From Marsupella aquatica (Eukaryota; Plantae; Marchantiophyta): 64,000 nucleotides of DNA. Position 1 is the first letter of the stretch; each line of letters begins with the position of its first letter. Made by a program: the position numbers and the translations under genes. Shown here one piece after another: positions 25,605-37,597 of this stretch. The notes below the pieces were generated by a model. It saw only the letters and a program-made list of their open reading frames with translations. It ran no database searches and was not told where the DNA came from. Location of the stretch: positions 14,213,680 through 14,277,679 of the forward strand of contig OZ316894.1 in assembly GCA_973895155.1 (NCBI GenBank), written 5' to 3'.

Positions 25605-26105
25605 GCTGCTGAAGGTTTGATGTCCAGATTTCTTGCCTGTGAGTCCCCATGTTTGCAGTCTCTGTCCCAATCTCTTGCGTAGTGCTCGGCGTAGTGATTA
25701 CACTTACTGTGATTGACCACCTTGCATGATCTACATCCGTGGGCTAGACCCCAAGAAGTAGATTTCGGCGACTACTTGCGAAAGGGATTGAAGAGATTGG
25801 AGTGCTTGCTCTCTTTGTCCCTCCCCTTGAAATTGTGGGCCTTAAAAAGGTCACTTGGCTTATGTAGTTTTGCTCCCCTCCGCTATGTCAATGCGCGCAT
25901 GTCCGCTATGTCAATGCACATTTTTTCCCTCTTCTATGTCAGTCGCCGTTTGCCTATAATTGGATTGCTCATTTGATGTCCACTCGTCTGATGTAATGCT
26001 TCCCGTTGCCGCTGCTGAAGGGTTGATGTCCAGATTTCTTGCCAAACAAAAGTCCCCATGTTTGCAGTGTCTATCCCAGTCTCTTGCGCAGTGCTCGGCG
26101 TAGTG
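25605..26105. repeat. ~95-bp direct duplication inside the CACTA (25605-25696 and 26011-26105)
   Basis: GCTGCTGAAGG.TTGATGTCCAGATTTCTTGCC...AGTCCCCATGTTTGCAGT...AGTGCTCGGCGTAGTG occurs twice. Confidence 0.85.
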
Positions 26106-27819
26106 CCCATGATTCGATAGGGAACTGATTCATGAACTGTGACTACTTTTATGCTCTGCAATGTGAATATGTTGGCATTTGCTGCACTTGGTGTTGATAG
26201 TTTTTGTTAAAACTTCAATTTAAGTACGTGGGAGATAGACGGGAAGTCGGACGGGGAGGTAGAAGTGCACGGGAGACAGACGGGGAGACAGGAGGTAGCG
26301 AGCTATTGATTTGCGCCTTACATGACACCGCCCAACATTCACCTGCTACAAGGACTCATCTTGGTGCGCTTTGAGAATCTCCGTGCTGCAAGGTGAGACT
26401 CTTTCCTAGTCGTGAACTTATATATGCCCTCTCATAGTCTCGTTTAATATTGAGGAATGACTATATGCTTCCGTGACACGGCTCATCTGTCCATTTTTTA
26501 CTGTGCACGGCTCATCTGTCCATTTTTTATAGCATGATTGACGTCAGCTGTGGCTTAGTCCACCTTCTTGTAACAAAGCAGGCGGTGATTGGACCAGATC
26601 GTGTACTTGGAGCTGCCCCTATCGAGCTGAAGGAGCGTCGAGCACTCTAAGGCAAGAGTTTCTCCTGCATTGTTACCTGGTTACAAGGTTACTCTAAGGC
26701 AAGAGTTTCTCCTGCATTGACAACTTTCCCATGCCACCTTCAATCAGTTTTCCTTTGCACCTTGGCTTGATCATTTCAAAAAACCTGTCACATTGAGCAC
26801 GGAATCTATCGCCTAAGTTCAGCCTTTCAGCTTTTTTCCGGACTGTCACATAGCGAGTCGGTCGCGCTACCGGAAGTACTACCACTTTTACTATACGGTT
26901 CATCTCAGTGCCTTTTATGGAATGCTTTCTTGTTCTTCTACTCGGCATGGCATCATCCTGATTGCCCGTCGCTGTGACCAGCAACGGAAAGCGTAGACTC
27001 GCGTTTGGATTCAGAGTCTAATCCAGAGTGTAAGGCTCTGAGCAGACCGTAATAGGAAGCCTGCCTGATTCTCTAGCCGATCCGACAGAGAGCCATCCTT
27101 GCAGAACCTGTTTGAGTGTGTTCCAGTGTTCTAGTGTTCAGCTTTCGAGTGGGTTTTGTTATGATTTGATTTGGTGATTGTTTTGGAGTTGTAGCCGTGG
27201 TCAAACGCATGTCTATTAAAAACAAATTCATGGAGCTCAGGTTGCTGCTGTATATAAACCGCAACAGGATCCAGAACTGCCTGCAGTCCCAGCAAATCAT
27301 ACATGCTACAGTCACAGGATAGGAGTTCAAGAAGTCTTCACAGTTTCTCATTTTTGTAGAATCTGAGATGTTGCTGGCCCAGGAGATGAGTTTCCCTTAA
27401 GAGTCAGGGACGTCAGCAGTGTGGGCCATGTAATACAGTTGAGAATGATGGCAAGTATAATTTGTTAATGGGTCCAATGCCATGTTTGTGAGCTATTGAG
27501 TTGGATAGGAGAAAAAAACCAAAACATTGTCGCAACTGCTTCCAGAACAATCATTCATGGTTAGACTAAGCTCGGCTGAACACCCCTCGCTTGCATGGGG
27601 CGGACACAATGCGGAATAGGCTGTCATGGAGTTGTCGAATGGATCTTCAATTTTCATGATAAATGTCCCCGAGCGTTCGTCCTATGTGTAGATTTTATAG
27701 GGGATGATGGGCGAGGATCATCTTTCCCATCTTCCTGAAGCTTTGTCTGCTTTCTGCCACCTCAGTGGAGGTTCACTTGCACAACACGACAACCAGTGAG
27801 TTTTCTCTTTGCTGCAACC

Positions 27820-28734
27820 TGCAAGGTGAGACTTTCGATCTTTCTGGATGAAAAAACAGGATCCAAATATGATTTATGTACATGTCCATGGAGAACATGG
27901 TTTTATATACATGCTCTTTGTCTCAGGAACTTAGCATCAAATATGTACTATGCACCTTTCATGCTATGTGTATATTGTGACCTGTAGTTGGAACCAATTT
28001 AGTGAGTGGGAGCTGATAAGTGCAGGTTGGTTGCTGTGGGCAAGGCAAGTCGACCTCCTGCTCGCCTTGCTCATCAAAGGATGTGAACAGAGGACATCAC
28101 AACAAAAGCAACATTTATGGTGAGGACCCGCAACGCTGAACATGTGTGGCTTGCATGCAAGGCAAAGATGTTGCGCCTTGAGTATGTCAGACTGGGGATT
28201 CTTCCAGCCCAATCTGCATGGTACTTTGAGTACTCTCACGGTTTGCTTATGGCCATTATTTGCAATTTGCTGCTACTAATATGTCTCCGACTGAGCAGCA
28301 TACACCGGAAGTAAGCAATAGTGGAGGTTTAACTGCACATCAACACATCCAGTGAACTACCTCTCTGCTACTCACTGGAGGGTGAGACTTTCACTCTTTC
28401 TGGATATTGTAGTTTGTAAGCAAGTTGATTAGGAGTGTTTCATGCTATGTTTACATTGTGACCCCTAGCTGGAACCAATGGAATGACACAGTGAGTGGGA
28501 ACTGATAATTTAAGGTTGGTTGCTGTTGGTGAGGCAAGTACAGCTCCTGCTCACCTTGCTGATCGAAGGTGCTTATCAGAGGACGTGAACACACGACACT
28601 CCACAAAAGCAACACTTATGGTGAGGACCCGCAATGCTGAACATGTGCGGCTTGCACGCAAGGCAGAGATGTTGCGCCTTGAGTATGTCAGACTTGGGAT
28701 CCTTCCAGCCCAGTCTACATGGTACTTTGAGTAC
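27820..28734 (+). repeat. Tandem duplication of an intron-exon unit (donor GGTGAGACTTTC, acceptor CATGCTATGT...TAG, MVRTRNAEHV... exon)
   Basis: 27960-28233 and 28440-28734 are near-identical; both encode MVRTRNAEHVxLAxKAxMLRLEYVRLGILPAQSxWYFEY. Confidence 0.85.
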
Positions 28735-29067
28735 CCAGTTGTTGCCAGGAATAACTACAGCCGCCCTGTACCTGCTTCTCCACCCTTCCCAACATCCTTG
28801 GTATTTTTGTCTCTCGTACATGACCCGCCACAAATTAGGGCCCAAGGGTGTGTGCACAGTTGCCAGTATGACTGTCCTGCCTGTAGGGCTTCTGGCCTAG
28901 AGTTGGATGACCGTTCTCTTGGATGTCGGTTTTTTCATAGAGCACAATGTATCATCTGGAACCACTCGCCATCCTGCAGTGTGCCTGGCGATGTCACTTG
29001 TCCTGCCCTCCCAGACCCCACCACCGGTCACTTTGGTGTCTACACATGTTTGGATCACACGCTGTAG
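28618..29067 (+). CDS. CACTA cargo ORF, Cys/His-rich putative zinc-binding protein
   Basis: Open frame 28495-29067 (first ATG 28618; may be joined to upstream exons). C-terminal half reads CVHSCQYDCPAC...CRFFHRAQC...HSPSC...TC...TCLDH. Confidence 0.5.
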   Translation: MVRTRNAEHVRLARKAEMLRLEYVRLGILPAQSTWYFEYPVVARNNYSRPVPASPPFPTSLVFLSLVHDPPQIRAQGCVHSCQYDCPACRASGLELDDRSLGCRFFHRAQCIIWNHSPSCSVPGDVTCPALPDPTTGHFGVYTCLDHTL

Positions 29068-29736
29068 AAGACCACTTGTCACACCGCATGCACAGACCAG
29101 AGACCATTGACCTATAACTTAACACTTTGACTTGAACAGAGAGGATATTTACTTAAGATTTTGAATTATGAGCAATTTTGGGTCCAGGGTTTACGGTCAA
29201 CAGTACATAACTTATCCTATTATGGCTGCACTAAGTACAATATCCTAATTTAAGAGGCTAGCAAGCTCACTTAAAAGTCTCCTTTCAAAGACTGGAATTA
29301 ATGGGCCATGTGATAACCTGGAAAAAGTAATTTATGCCTAACTTATTTGTCTCATTCACTATCATAGCCTATTTAGGATGTATAAATTACAACCCTGATC
29401 ACACTGCTTGATACCAATCCTGTTCAAAAAATGCCTGTTTTACATGTCACGACTGTTATATGTGATTCAAATGCATTAAATCTTGTTACAGATCTCCTTT
29501 GGTGAATCATAGCCACAAAATTGAGGTGTAGGTGGAGCTATTGTATGAGGGGATCAGTTTTTAGTGTGGGCTCAACAAACCAAAAAGTATGTCTACTCTG
29601 CACATGTGTGTGAACATTTCATTGCAGTAGCAATTGCCACTCTAGTCTATATGCTACACTGTACTTTTTGTACACTGCACTAAATTGTATTGTTTGTGCA
29701 CTCTACTAAATTGTACTATCTGTCTTAGGCGTAGGC

Positions 29737-30417
29737 ATGGCACGCCCTAAAATCCGAGCCAAGAAGCGGGGGACAGAGGTGAGCAACACAGGTGTAGTTG
29801 GGCCAGATGGTAGTAACTTCTCCGCAAGTCAGATTTTCCAGAAGGCAGCTCATTGTTGTGCCATTTGTGACGATGGTGGTGGCTTAGCCATATGTGAGGG
29901 CCCTTGCATGAGGCATTTCCACCTCAACCCGAAGTCTGACCTTGCTGCAGAAAACAACTGTCCAGGGGTGGGCCTCCCGTCAGCACACCAGGGAGGCTGG
30001 ATGTGCACTGATTGTTTGGAGAAGCAGGCTAAGTGTGCACAGTGTGGGAAGTTGGGGTCTTATGAGGGCTCTGTTGATGCTCCACCACTTGTTAGGAAAT
30101 GCCCTGACAGATATTGTGTGAGGTTCTTTTGTTTTTCATGTTTGCCCGATCTTGCCACAGCTTGCCCACTTCATAAGTGCAAGGCATGTGGTCAGCACGA
30201 TGAAGATTTCTGGGTGGACATAGTCCACTGTGTTAGGTGTCCCACCATGTGGCACTTTCATTGTTTGAAGGAGCGTCAAGCAGAAGGCTATGCTTGTGAC
30301 AGACACATCTATCATCACTCTGCACATGGTGTTGATCGATGGATCTTCTATTGTCATCGCCATGCCATAGATCCTACTTTGCACACTCCCATGAGAGATC
30401 ACATTTCTTGGCTTTGA
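29737..30417 (+). CDS. CACTA cargo: stand-alone EDM2-type (ENHANCED DOWNY MILDEW 2) PHD-finger cluster, 226 aa
   Basis: Basic N-terminus (RPKIRAKKR), then CAICDDGGGLAICEGPCMRHFH, CTDC...CAQCGKLGS, CPLHKCKAC, CVRCPTMWHFHC and RWIFYCHRHAIDPTLHTPMRDHI. The order and motifs match the PHD region of plant EDM2 as I recall it (CAICDNGG..CCEG.C.RSFH; CPLHKC..C; CRRCP..YH..C; LIYC..HEID..L.TP.RDH). Confidence 0.85.
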   Translation: MARPKIRAKKRGTEVSNTGVVGPDGSNFSASQIFQKAAHCCAICDDGGGLAICEGPCMRHFHLNPKSDLAAENNCPGVGLPSAHQGGWMCTDCLEKQAKCAQCGKLGSYEGSVDAPPLVRKCPDRYCVRFFCFSCLPDLATACPLHKCKACGQHDEDFWVDIVHCVRCPTMWHFHCLKERQAEGYACDRHIYHHSAHGVDRWIFYCHRHAIDPTLHTPMRDHISWL

Positions 30418-31444
30418 ACCTGAATAATGTACATGCATAGTGCACCTGATGTGGATACCTTGGAGATTGCAGACATTCCAATTTTGAGAAGAAGGACCTC
30501 TGTAGGAGAGGATGCTTAGGCAACAAGTACCCTAAGTTCATTACTTGTTCCTGGGTACATGCCTTCAAAAACTCCCCTTAAGCCTTCTAGGAACTTTTTT
30601 AACTCTGCAATCATTTTGATCACGACTTACATGACACTGCTTAAATTAAATCAGGACTTCTCATTATGAGCATATAAGTTACAAGGCAGACAGAGAACTG
30701 ACAGTGGACTTGCGAAGAAGGGCGGAGGGACTTGTGCTCATCCATGAGCGTTTCGACCTTCCAGAAGGAGATTGAGAGGGGCAAAAAGCTTCTCGAGAGG
30801 GGTGGAATCGATACGAGGATGACCCCTGCTTCTGCACGAAGCTTTTTCTGCTCTCTCTCGCCATCGCTACGATCGGGATCCGCTTTAGAGCCGGTTCTGC
30901 TGTTTTAGGGTGGAATACTAGTCTGGATTGCGGGAGCACAATTGTGGAGATCCGGTCATGAGAGTTGGAGCCAGGGGTGGCGGATGAGCCGATGCGTTAG
31001 TCTAGCGGGAGCACCTTTCCCGCTGCCACTTTTGGAGGCGGGGATTAAAAGGTAGACACATTGGAACAGGGGTTCGCATCGATCTGGTGGGGTGCTACAG
31101 TGGGCGACTGAAACAAATGGTGTGGATTACGGCAACGGACCTTGGTGTCTGCAAGCTCGGATTGGACAGCGAGTGGCGGCACTCAGATTCCTAAAAGTGT
31201 TTGGAGCTGACATTGCCAAAGAGGATGGCGGAACATGCAGAGAAGAGTTAAGGCGGCACAAAGTGTGCCTGAGTGGTTCTATTCTGACGGGAGAATTATG
31301 GAATAGTTCGGGAAGGACATCTTGGTTAATGAGATTGGACCCAGTGGACTCGAGAGGAGCCTGGAGCCCTCTTCGATTACAAGGTAAGCACTGCCCCGAA
31401 CATCTTATTAACGCCGTCTGACTGTCATTGCATACATTAATTTA

Positions 31445-33610
31445 ATGTCGGGCGAAGGTGAAAAGGGATTGGACTACTACGGGCGCTCAGAAACCACATC
31501 TCGTGGAAGAAGCGATCGGAATGGACGTCTTTCTGAATCAAGGAACATCCGAGTGGCTACACCAATGGCTGTCCAGACTAGAACGGGGACGCTTCAGGGG
31601 GTGAGAGGGCGCGAGACCAATCTGGTTGGTTTGGCCTCTCAGAATAAAGGAAAACTCGGAGAGGAGGGAGTGGGGAGGTGCAACCAATTCTCGGCGCAAG
31701 ATGCGCGGAATGATGGGGACGGACCACGGCGGGAGAGAAAGGGAGGAGGCAATCCTGGCCTACAGGGAGAGAGTAGGGGGGCTCAGCCGGCTCACAACGG
31801 GAGATACAGGACGATCTGATGGACATGGAAGAGGATGAGAATGGCGGCGGCTCAGCTCGGGACAAGGTCCCAGCCTTGGATGGAGAGACACGACGTAGCC
31901 TGAGAGGTGCAGAGCTCAGGGGAGAGGGTCCTGGAATCTGTGGAATCTCAAATGGTACCCGGAATCCTGATACATGGGGCCGCAAAGGAGCTGAAGAGGA
32001 GGAAACATCGGAGGAATGTATCAGAATTCTGAGAGCTGTAGCACACCGCTCTAAGGGTGACCTTGACAAAAAGCTGTTTGCCACAGTTGAATGGAACATG
32101 ACGGAAGCAGCTATGAATGTGAGGCAATTATATAACTGTGCCTTGCTATGCTACTTCACAGACAGAACCCCATTGCTTCCAGCCTTCAGAGACTGGGTAG
32201 AAGACGAAATGACTAGCCAAGGGCGCTGGCCGGTGCTACAAGTCAAGTTTGTGGGGAAAATTTTTTACATGGTAATCTTTGAAGAACCTGATCATCGGGA
32301 TCTGGCACTGAATGGGGCGCCATGGTTTATGGAAAATAGATTTGTATACACCTTCCCATGGGATCCAACCTTTGACATAAAAAATGAGTCTTACACCAAA
32401 TTGCCAGTATGGATTGAGCTACCATTTAGAGCCTTGGAGCTGGAAGGATGCAGAAGGAAAATTGCAAGCGCGCTTGGCACCCTACTATACTACATTCAAG
32501 GAGACCAATTCAGTTCTTACCCACATGACCGTGCGTGCATACTATGGGACACTGACAGGGAGATACCGGCAAGTGTTCGAGTGAAAATTCAGAAGGATAT
32601 AGTAATTTGGCAACCGGTGACCTTCCGCAATATTCCTTACCACTGCTACAAATGCCATAAGAAAGGGCATCTAGCCCGCAGCTGTCGAGAAGGAGATGAA
32701 GGGCAGAGGCCGACGAGTGTGCTGGAAATACCTGATGAAAAAGACGACGAACGACACTCGGAGGCTGACCCAGAAGAGATACAAAAGGCCCAAGAGAATG
32801 CTATGGTCCGGGTTAAATTCAGGGAGAACCAAGAGCGGCAGGCGAACACGATCTGGAAAAACTCAGTTGAGGAGGAAATTGCCCATGTGGAGCTGATCAT
32901 TGCGACAGATGTTAGAGAACCGGACAAAGGAACTCCAACTAACCCACAACGGCCGAATGTGGGTGCTATTGGGATGGAATTGCTGGAGCCCACTCGTGGA
33001 CCCTTGGACGCCATGGTGAGATGGGAACCGACTAGGACTAAGGGGAATTCGCGAGACTTCCCACCTGGGAGTGGACTGGCCCGGGATCCTGGAGGTAACA
33101 CAGACCGCAGAGGCTCTGTTCTAAATGCCAGTGCACCAAGCTTTGGGCCGGAATTCAGCACGAAGGCCAGAACAGACACACTCGGGCTTCCAGGATCGCT
33201 CTTAGAGGTAGAAGCCGAAGGGAATTTCTCGTACCATGGGGACACCGATGCAGAGATGTCAGAATATGAAGCTTACATATCGAATAGCAAACTCAAAGCA
33301 CGAACCAGGAAACAAGAATTGAGAACCCCCCCCAACTGAAGATAAAGATAAGCCGAAGGGTGAAGCAAAAAAACAACGTTCGCTGTACTTCTCATGAGGA
33401 TCCATGTCTGATGCAGGTGCGGGCGAAAGCTCAACAAGGACAAACAGATTGCTCAGCCCTGAAACGAGGAGTCCGAGAAGTGAACAAAGAGGCGCAGCAC
33501 AAACTAAGATGAGAGACGACTACTCCCTGATAGGGGGACTGACTGAGCAGCAAACGGGGAGCGGCTCTCAGGGCTGGATGCTATCCCCTGGAGGACGGAA
33601 TCGTATCTAG
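31445..33610 (+). pseudogene. LINE-B ORF1 (DUF4283-type domain plus zinc knuckle); main open segment 31819-33339
   Basis: APWFMENRFVYTFPWDPTF...LPVWIELP...CYKCHKKGHLARSC. TGA at 33337-33339 falls where LINE-A continues (RTPPTERSEK), and there is a probable frameshift near 31.8 kb. Confidence 0.85.
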
Positions 33611-33670
33611 GGTGACGGTGTGCTGACCAAGTGCACCACTCGACTTGGGGAGCAGCGGGGGGGGGAGGGG

Positions 33671-36600
33671 ATGGAGAACATAATGCGGATTGCCACATGG
33701 AACGTCTGTGGGCTGTGTGAGACAAACCGCAAACATGTCGTCAAAAACTGGGTACAGGCACTGCGATTTCCGCTGGGATGCCTAGCTCTACAAGAAGTGA
33801 AGACGGATCAATTCTGTTTGGACATGGCTCTGAGAACAATTCTCTCAAACTATCAACACTTCTCATCGGCACCAGAGGAAGGCAGGGGAGGAACGGCACT
33901 TCTGGTCCACCCGTCTTTGAAGGTGGTAGCATCAGGCAAACTGGACCTTGGCAGAGCTGTGTGGATAATCATTGAGAACGAAGGAGGCAATTATGGAGTG
34001 GCATCTATCTATGCACCAAACTCGGCTGACTTAAGGGCTTTGCTATGGAACGAGCTTAAGGATGAGCTTCCGCAGGTAAACTGGATCATCTGTGGCGACT
34101 TCAACATGACAGAAAGAAGAGCGGACTCAACCGGGAGATCACCTCTGATCGGCGGAAGAGAAGCGGAATTCTGGCGCTTCTTAAAAACGCGCTTTGACCT
34201 GGTAGATGCGTGGGAGATCACCGGGGGCGCTACGGGTGCCCAATTCACATGGAGAAGGATGAGAAGGGGATTAATGGTACAATCCCGATTAGATAGATTC
34301 TACATTAGCGAGAAGGGATGGTGGTTAGAGGAGAGAGTAGAGCTGGTGCATGAAGGAGGATCAGCGTTATCAGACCATGACCCGGTGATACTGAAAGGGA
34401 GGTTCAGAGATGCAGGTCAGAAGGTGGAGCGAGGTAAGGTGAGACTATTCATGGCCAATCCAGCGCTTCTAAGCAACAAGGAGGACCTGACGCTTCTAGA
34501 AGGAGCCTAGAGGGAAGGAAGGAGGGAATTTGCAAACCCTGTGCTGCGATTTTCAAAAGCGTGCTCCAATTTTAGGCAAAAATACATGGAGTTACAAGCA
34601 AGACCAAGGCTGGCAGAGGTTGAGATGGAGTTTCTTAGAGCGAGAATGAGAGCACTGAAAGCATCCATTCTGGAGGAACACACAGAGGATGAAATCAAGG
34701 AATACACGGAAACGGAAGACACACTGCATGCAACCGAGTTGGAAGTGGCTAATAAGGGACGGAGACTTGCAAGGATTAAATGGCTGGGAGAAGGAGACGA
34801 ATCAACAAAGTTCTTCTATGCGATAGTAAAGGCTAAACGCGCCCGAGAAACCATGAACCTGATTCTCAAAGAGGATGGGACGGAGATAACAGAGGCGGCA
34901 AGCATTGTGCTTGAAGTGGAGAAAATGTGTCAAGCACTTTATGCAGCGCAGGAACCCTCACAAAGGGAGACACAAGAACGACGGCAAGAGAGGAGACGTC
35001 TACTGCAACACACAAAATTTGCGCTTACAGCGGCAGAGAGAATGAAATTGGAAGCTCTCCCGACAACTAAAGAGGTGAAGGAAGTGCTTTGGATGCTACC
35101 AGGAGACAAATCGCCTGGCCCAGACGGCTTAATGGCAGAAGTACTGCGCGCATGCTGGGAGTTTCTGGGACAGGACTTGGTGGAAATGATACAAGAATTC
35201 TGGATGACAGGAGAGATTGATAGTGCGTTAAAAGAAGGGATAATAAAGCTCATTTCGAAGAAGCCTGATAAGAGATCACTGAAGGACTGGCGTCCCCTTA
35301 CAATGTTGAACACAACGTACAAAGTCATTGCTAAGATCCTGGCATTGCGGTTACAAGAAATCATGAACAAGATAATCAGCCCCCAACAGATCGGATTTAT
35401 ACAGGGGCGCCACATTCTGGAAAACATCTCACTGGCCTGGCTCGCATGTGACTGGATACAGCACAAGAAGACGGAGGCACTTTTCTTGAAGTTGGATTTC
35501 GAAAAGGCCTTTGACAGGGTGAATCACGAATACATATGGGACACAATGCACTTACTGGGAATAAGTGGCCACTTTATCACACTGGTACGGGCTCTGTTGG
35601 TTGGATCTTTCTCGAAGGCAATGGTCAATGGTTTTGCGACGGGTATGATTGAGCTTAAGAGGGGGGTGAGACAGGGCTGCCCCTTGTCGCCCCTACTTTT
35701 TGTCATCTCGACACAACCGCTGATGGACTTCTTAGCTGCGGAGATGGAGGCTGGGAGACTTAGTGGACTGTCAATCACGGACACACTCACAATATGCTAC
35801 AGATTATTCGCAGATGATGTTGGAATGTTCATTCCTGCCACGGAGGAAGCTTTCACCCAGGCACAAACTGCACTTGCATGTTATGAAATGGGTTCTGGAG
35901 CAAAGCTGAACCTACGAAAATCTGTGGTGATTCCCTTGGCAATTGAGGTCATCCTGGATTGGCTGCTGTACTCTGGCTGTCAAGTGAGTGCAATGGGGGA
36001 GGTTCAGAAATATTTGGGCGCTCCCTTGGGGGCCGGGCTGAAGACTGAGCAACTGCACAAATTCTGCCTAGATAAAATCAGCTCACGACTGTCATCCTGG
36101 ACAAATAAGCTCCTCTCTTTCACAGGTCGAACCTTATTGGTCAAACACGTGCTCCAGGCCATCCCAATCTACCATGTGATGCACCTCAAGGCTTCAGCGG
36201 GTCTGGCCAAGAAACTCATTGCCCTCAGTAGAGATTTTCTGTGGGGATATAATCCTGCAGGTGGGAAGAAAATTCCGCTGGTGGCATGGGACAAGATGAC
36301 ACTTCCAAAAATAGAGGGCGGCCTGGGATTCAAGGACTTCAGAAGCCACTCCAATGCATTATTATCACAATGGTTCACTAAGGCCCTAGAGTATCCAGAC
36401 AGGGAATGGTCGAAGATGCTGGCAGCCAACTTATCTTTAATGGGATGGTTGAATTACAAGGTGATCAGAAGAAACAATTACACGTTCAAGGATAGGCTTC
36501 TGCTCTGTACTCCTAGGGCAGGCGGTGGTCTCAGGTATACAAGTGGTCTATGGAAGGCTTGGGAGGAGCTGCGTGCCCATCTGGCTTTTTGTCCTGGGAG

Positions 36601-37597
36601 ATATGGTGCCCCTGGACGCTGGAGCATTAACGATGCAATTAGATGTATGGTAGATTTCAATTCATTGCCAAATGTGGACATTGTAGGAGTCACTGCTATT
36701 TGTGGACGCTTGGGAATGAGATCAATTCAGGACAGGGGCTGGAAAGACCTTCCGCTTAGGGGGCAGGTGCTGCGAGGATTCACGGGGGAGCACAGAGGGC
36801 TGGCTAGAGCGTTCCTAGGGAGAATTTGGGAGTCAACTGCCTGCAGGTGGGACAGGGATCCTCCGGCCAGACAGTGGCGCTGGTCTGACAGGGCAGAACC
36901 TCTCAAGGACTTTCAGATCACCAACTGCAGGGTCTACCAGTTCTTGAGACCCAAGATGAGCCTTCATGTGCTGCTTAATAGGTGCTGGTCCTCACACCGG
37001 TCGGAAATTGAATGGTGCATTGGATGGAAGAAGCTGTGGATTTCTGACCTCTCCTGCAGGGCAAAAACCTTTATCTGGCGGATCCTGGTTGGTGGATTGT
37101 TTACTGGTCAACGGGCCCTCCGTATCCAGGCTGGTACTGGGAATTGCAAGCTTTGCTGTGGGGTCTTGGAGACGATGCAACATTTGTTCATTGAATGTTC
37201 CCATGCCTCATGTTGCTAGAGGATGTGTGACAGGATTTTGACGGAGCTTCGCTTACCCATTGGAGGTGGTCTGCTGGCTATTCTTGATGCATCGACAGGA
37301 CCGGAGCCTATTCACACTGCTAGGATCTTTTGTGTATATCAGACTCTCTGGATGATTTGGCTGGGAAGAAATGAACATATGTTCTCTGACAAGGTGGGAC
37401 GTTCCTTTGACTTGGGCCTGATGCTTGCTGAGACTGCCAATCACATCCATGCGGTTGGGGCTGGTTTACGCTTTGGGCGGCGTCGCTCTCGGTTGAACCG
37501 GGCTCAGGAATGGTTGCGGGGAACGAGGCAAATCTGGCTGAGACGGGGTGGGGACAGGATTCTCTTGGTGCCCTCTAGCGGCGGTGGTGCTGATTGA
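33671..37597 (+). pseudogene. LINE-B ORF2: APE endonuclease, reverse transcriptase and zf-RVT; one frame with two premature TAG stops
   Basis: IATWNVCGL, LQEVK, SIYAPN, GDFN, SRLDRF, SDHDPV; DKSPGPDG, DWRPLTMLN, KLDFEKAFDRV, GVRQGCPLSPLLF, LFADD; CKLC...ETMQHLFIEC. ORFs 33620, 34541 and 37223 are in the same frame, separated by TAG at 34508 and 37217. Confidence 0.93.

Noticed and set aside
26694-27351. Minus-strand ORFs (96 and 92 aa) within the CACTA as additional cargo
   Set aside because: No motifs, opposite orientation to the other ORFs, and lengths within chance expectation.
7216-30417. Functional link between FIP1 and the nearby EDM2-type PHD ORF (both related to polyadenylation)
   Set aside because: The PHD ORF is inside a mobile element nested in other TEs; the proximity is most simply chance.
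31092-31421. Upstream ORF0 in LINE-B
   Set aside because: No ATG start or motif; it cannot be distinguished from 5' UTR or a frameshifted ORF1 N-terminus without other copies.
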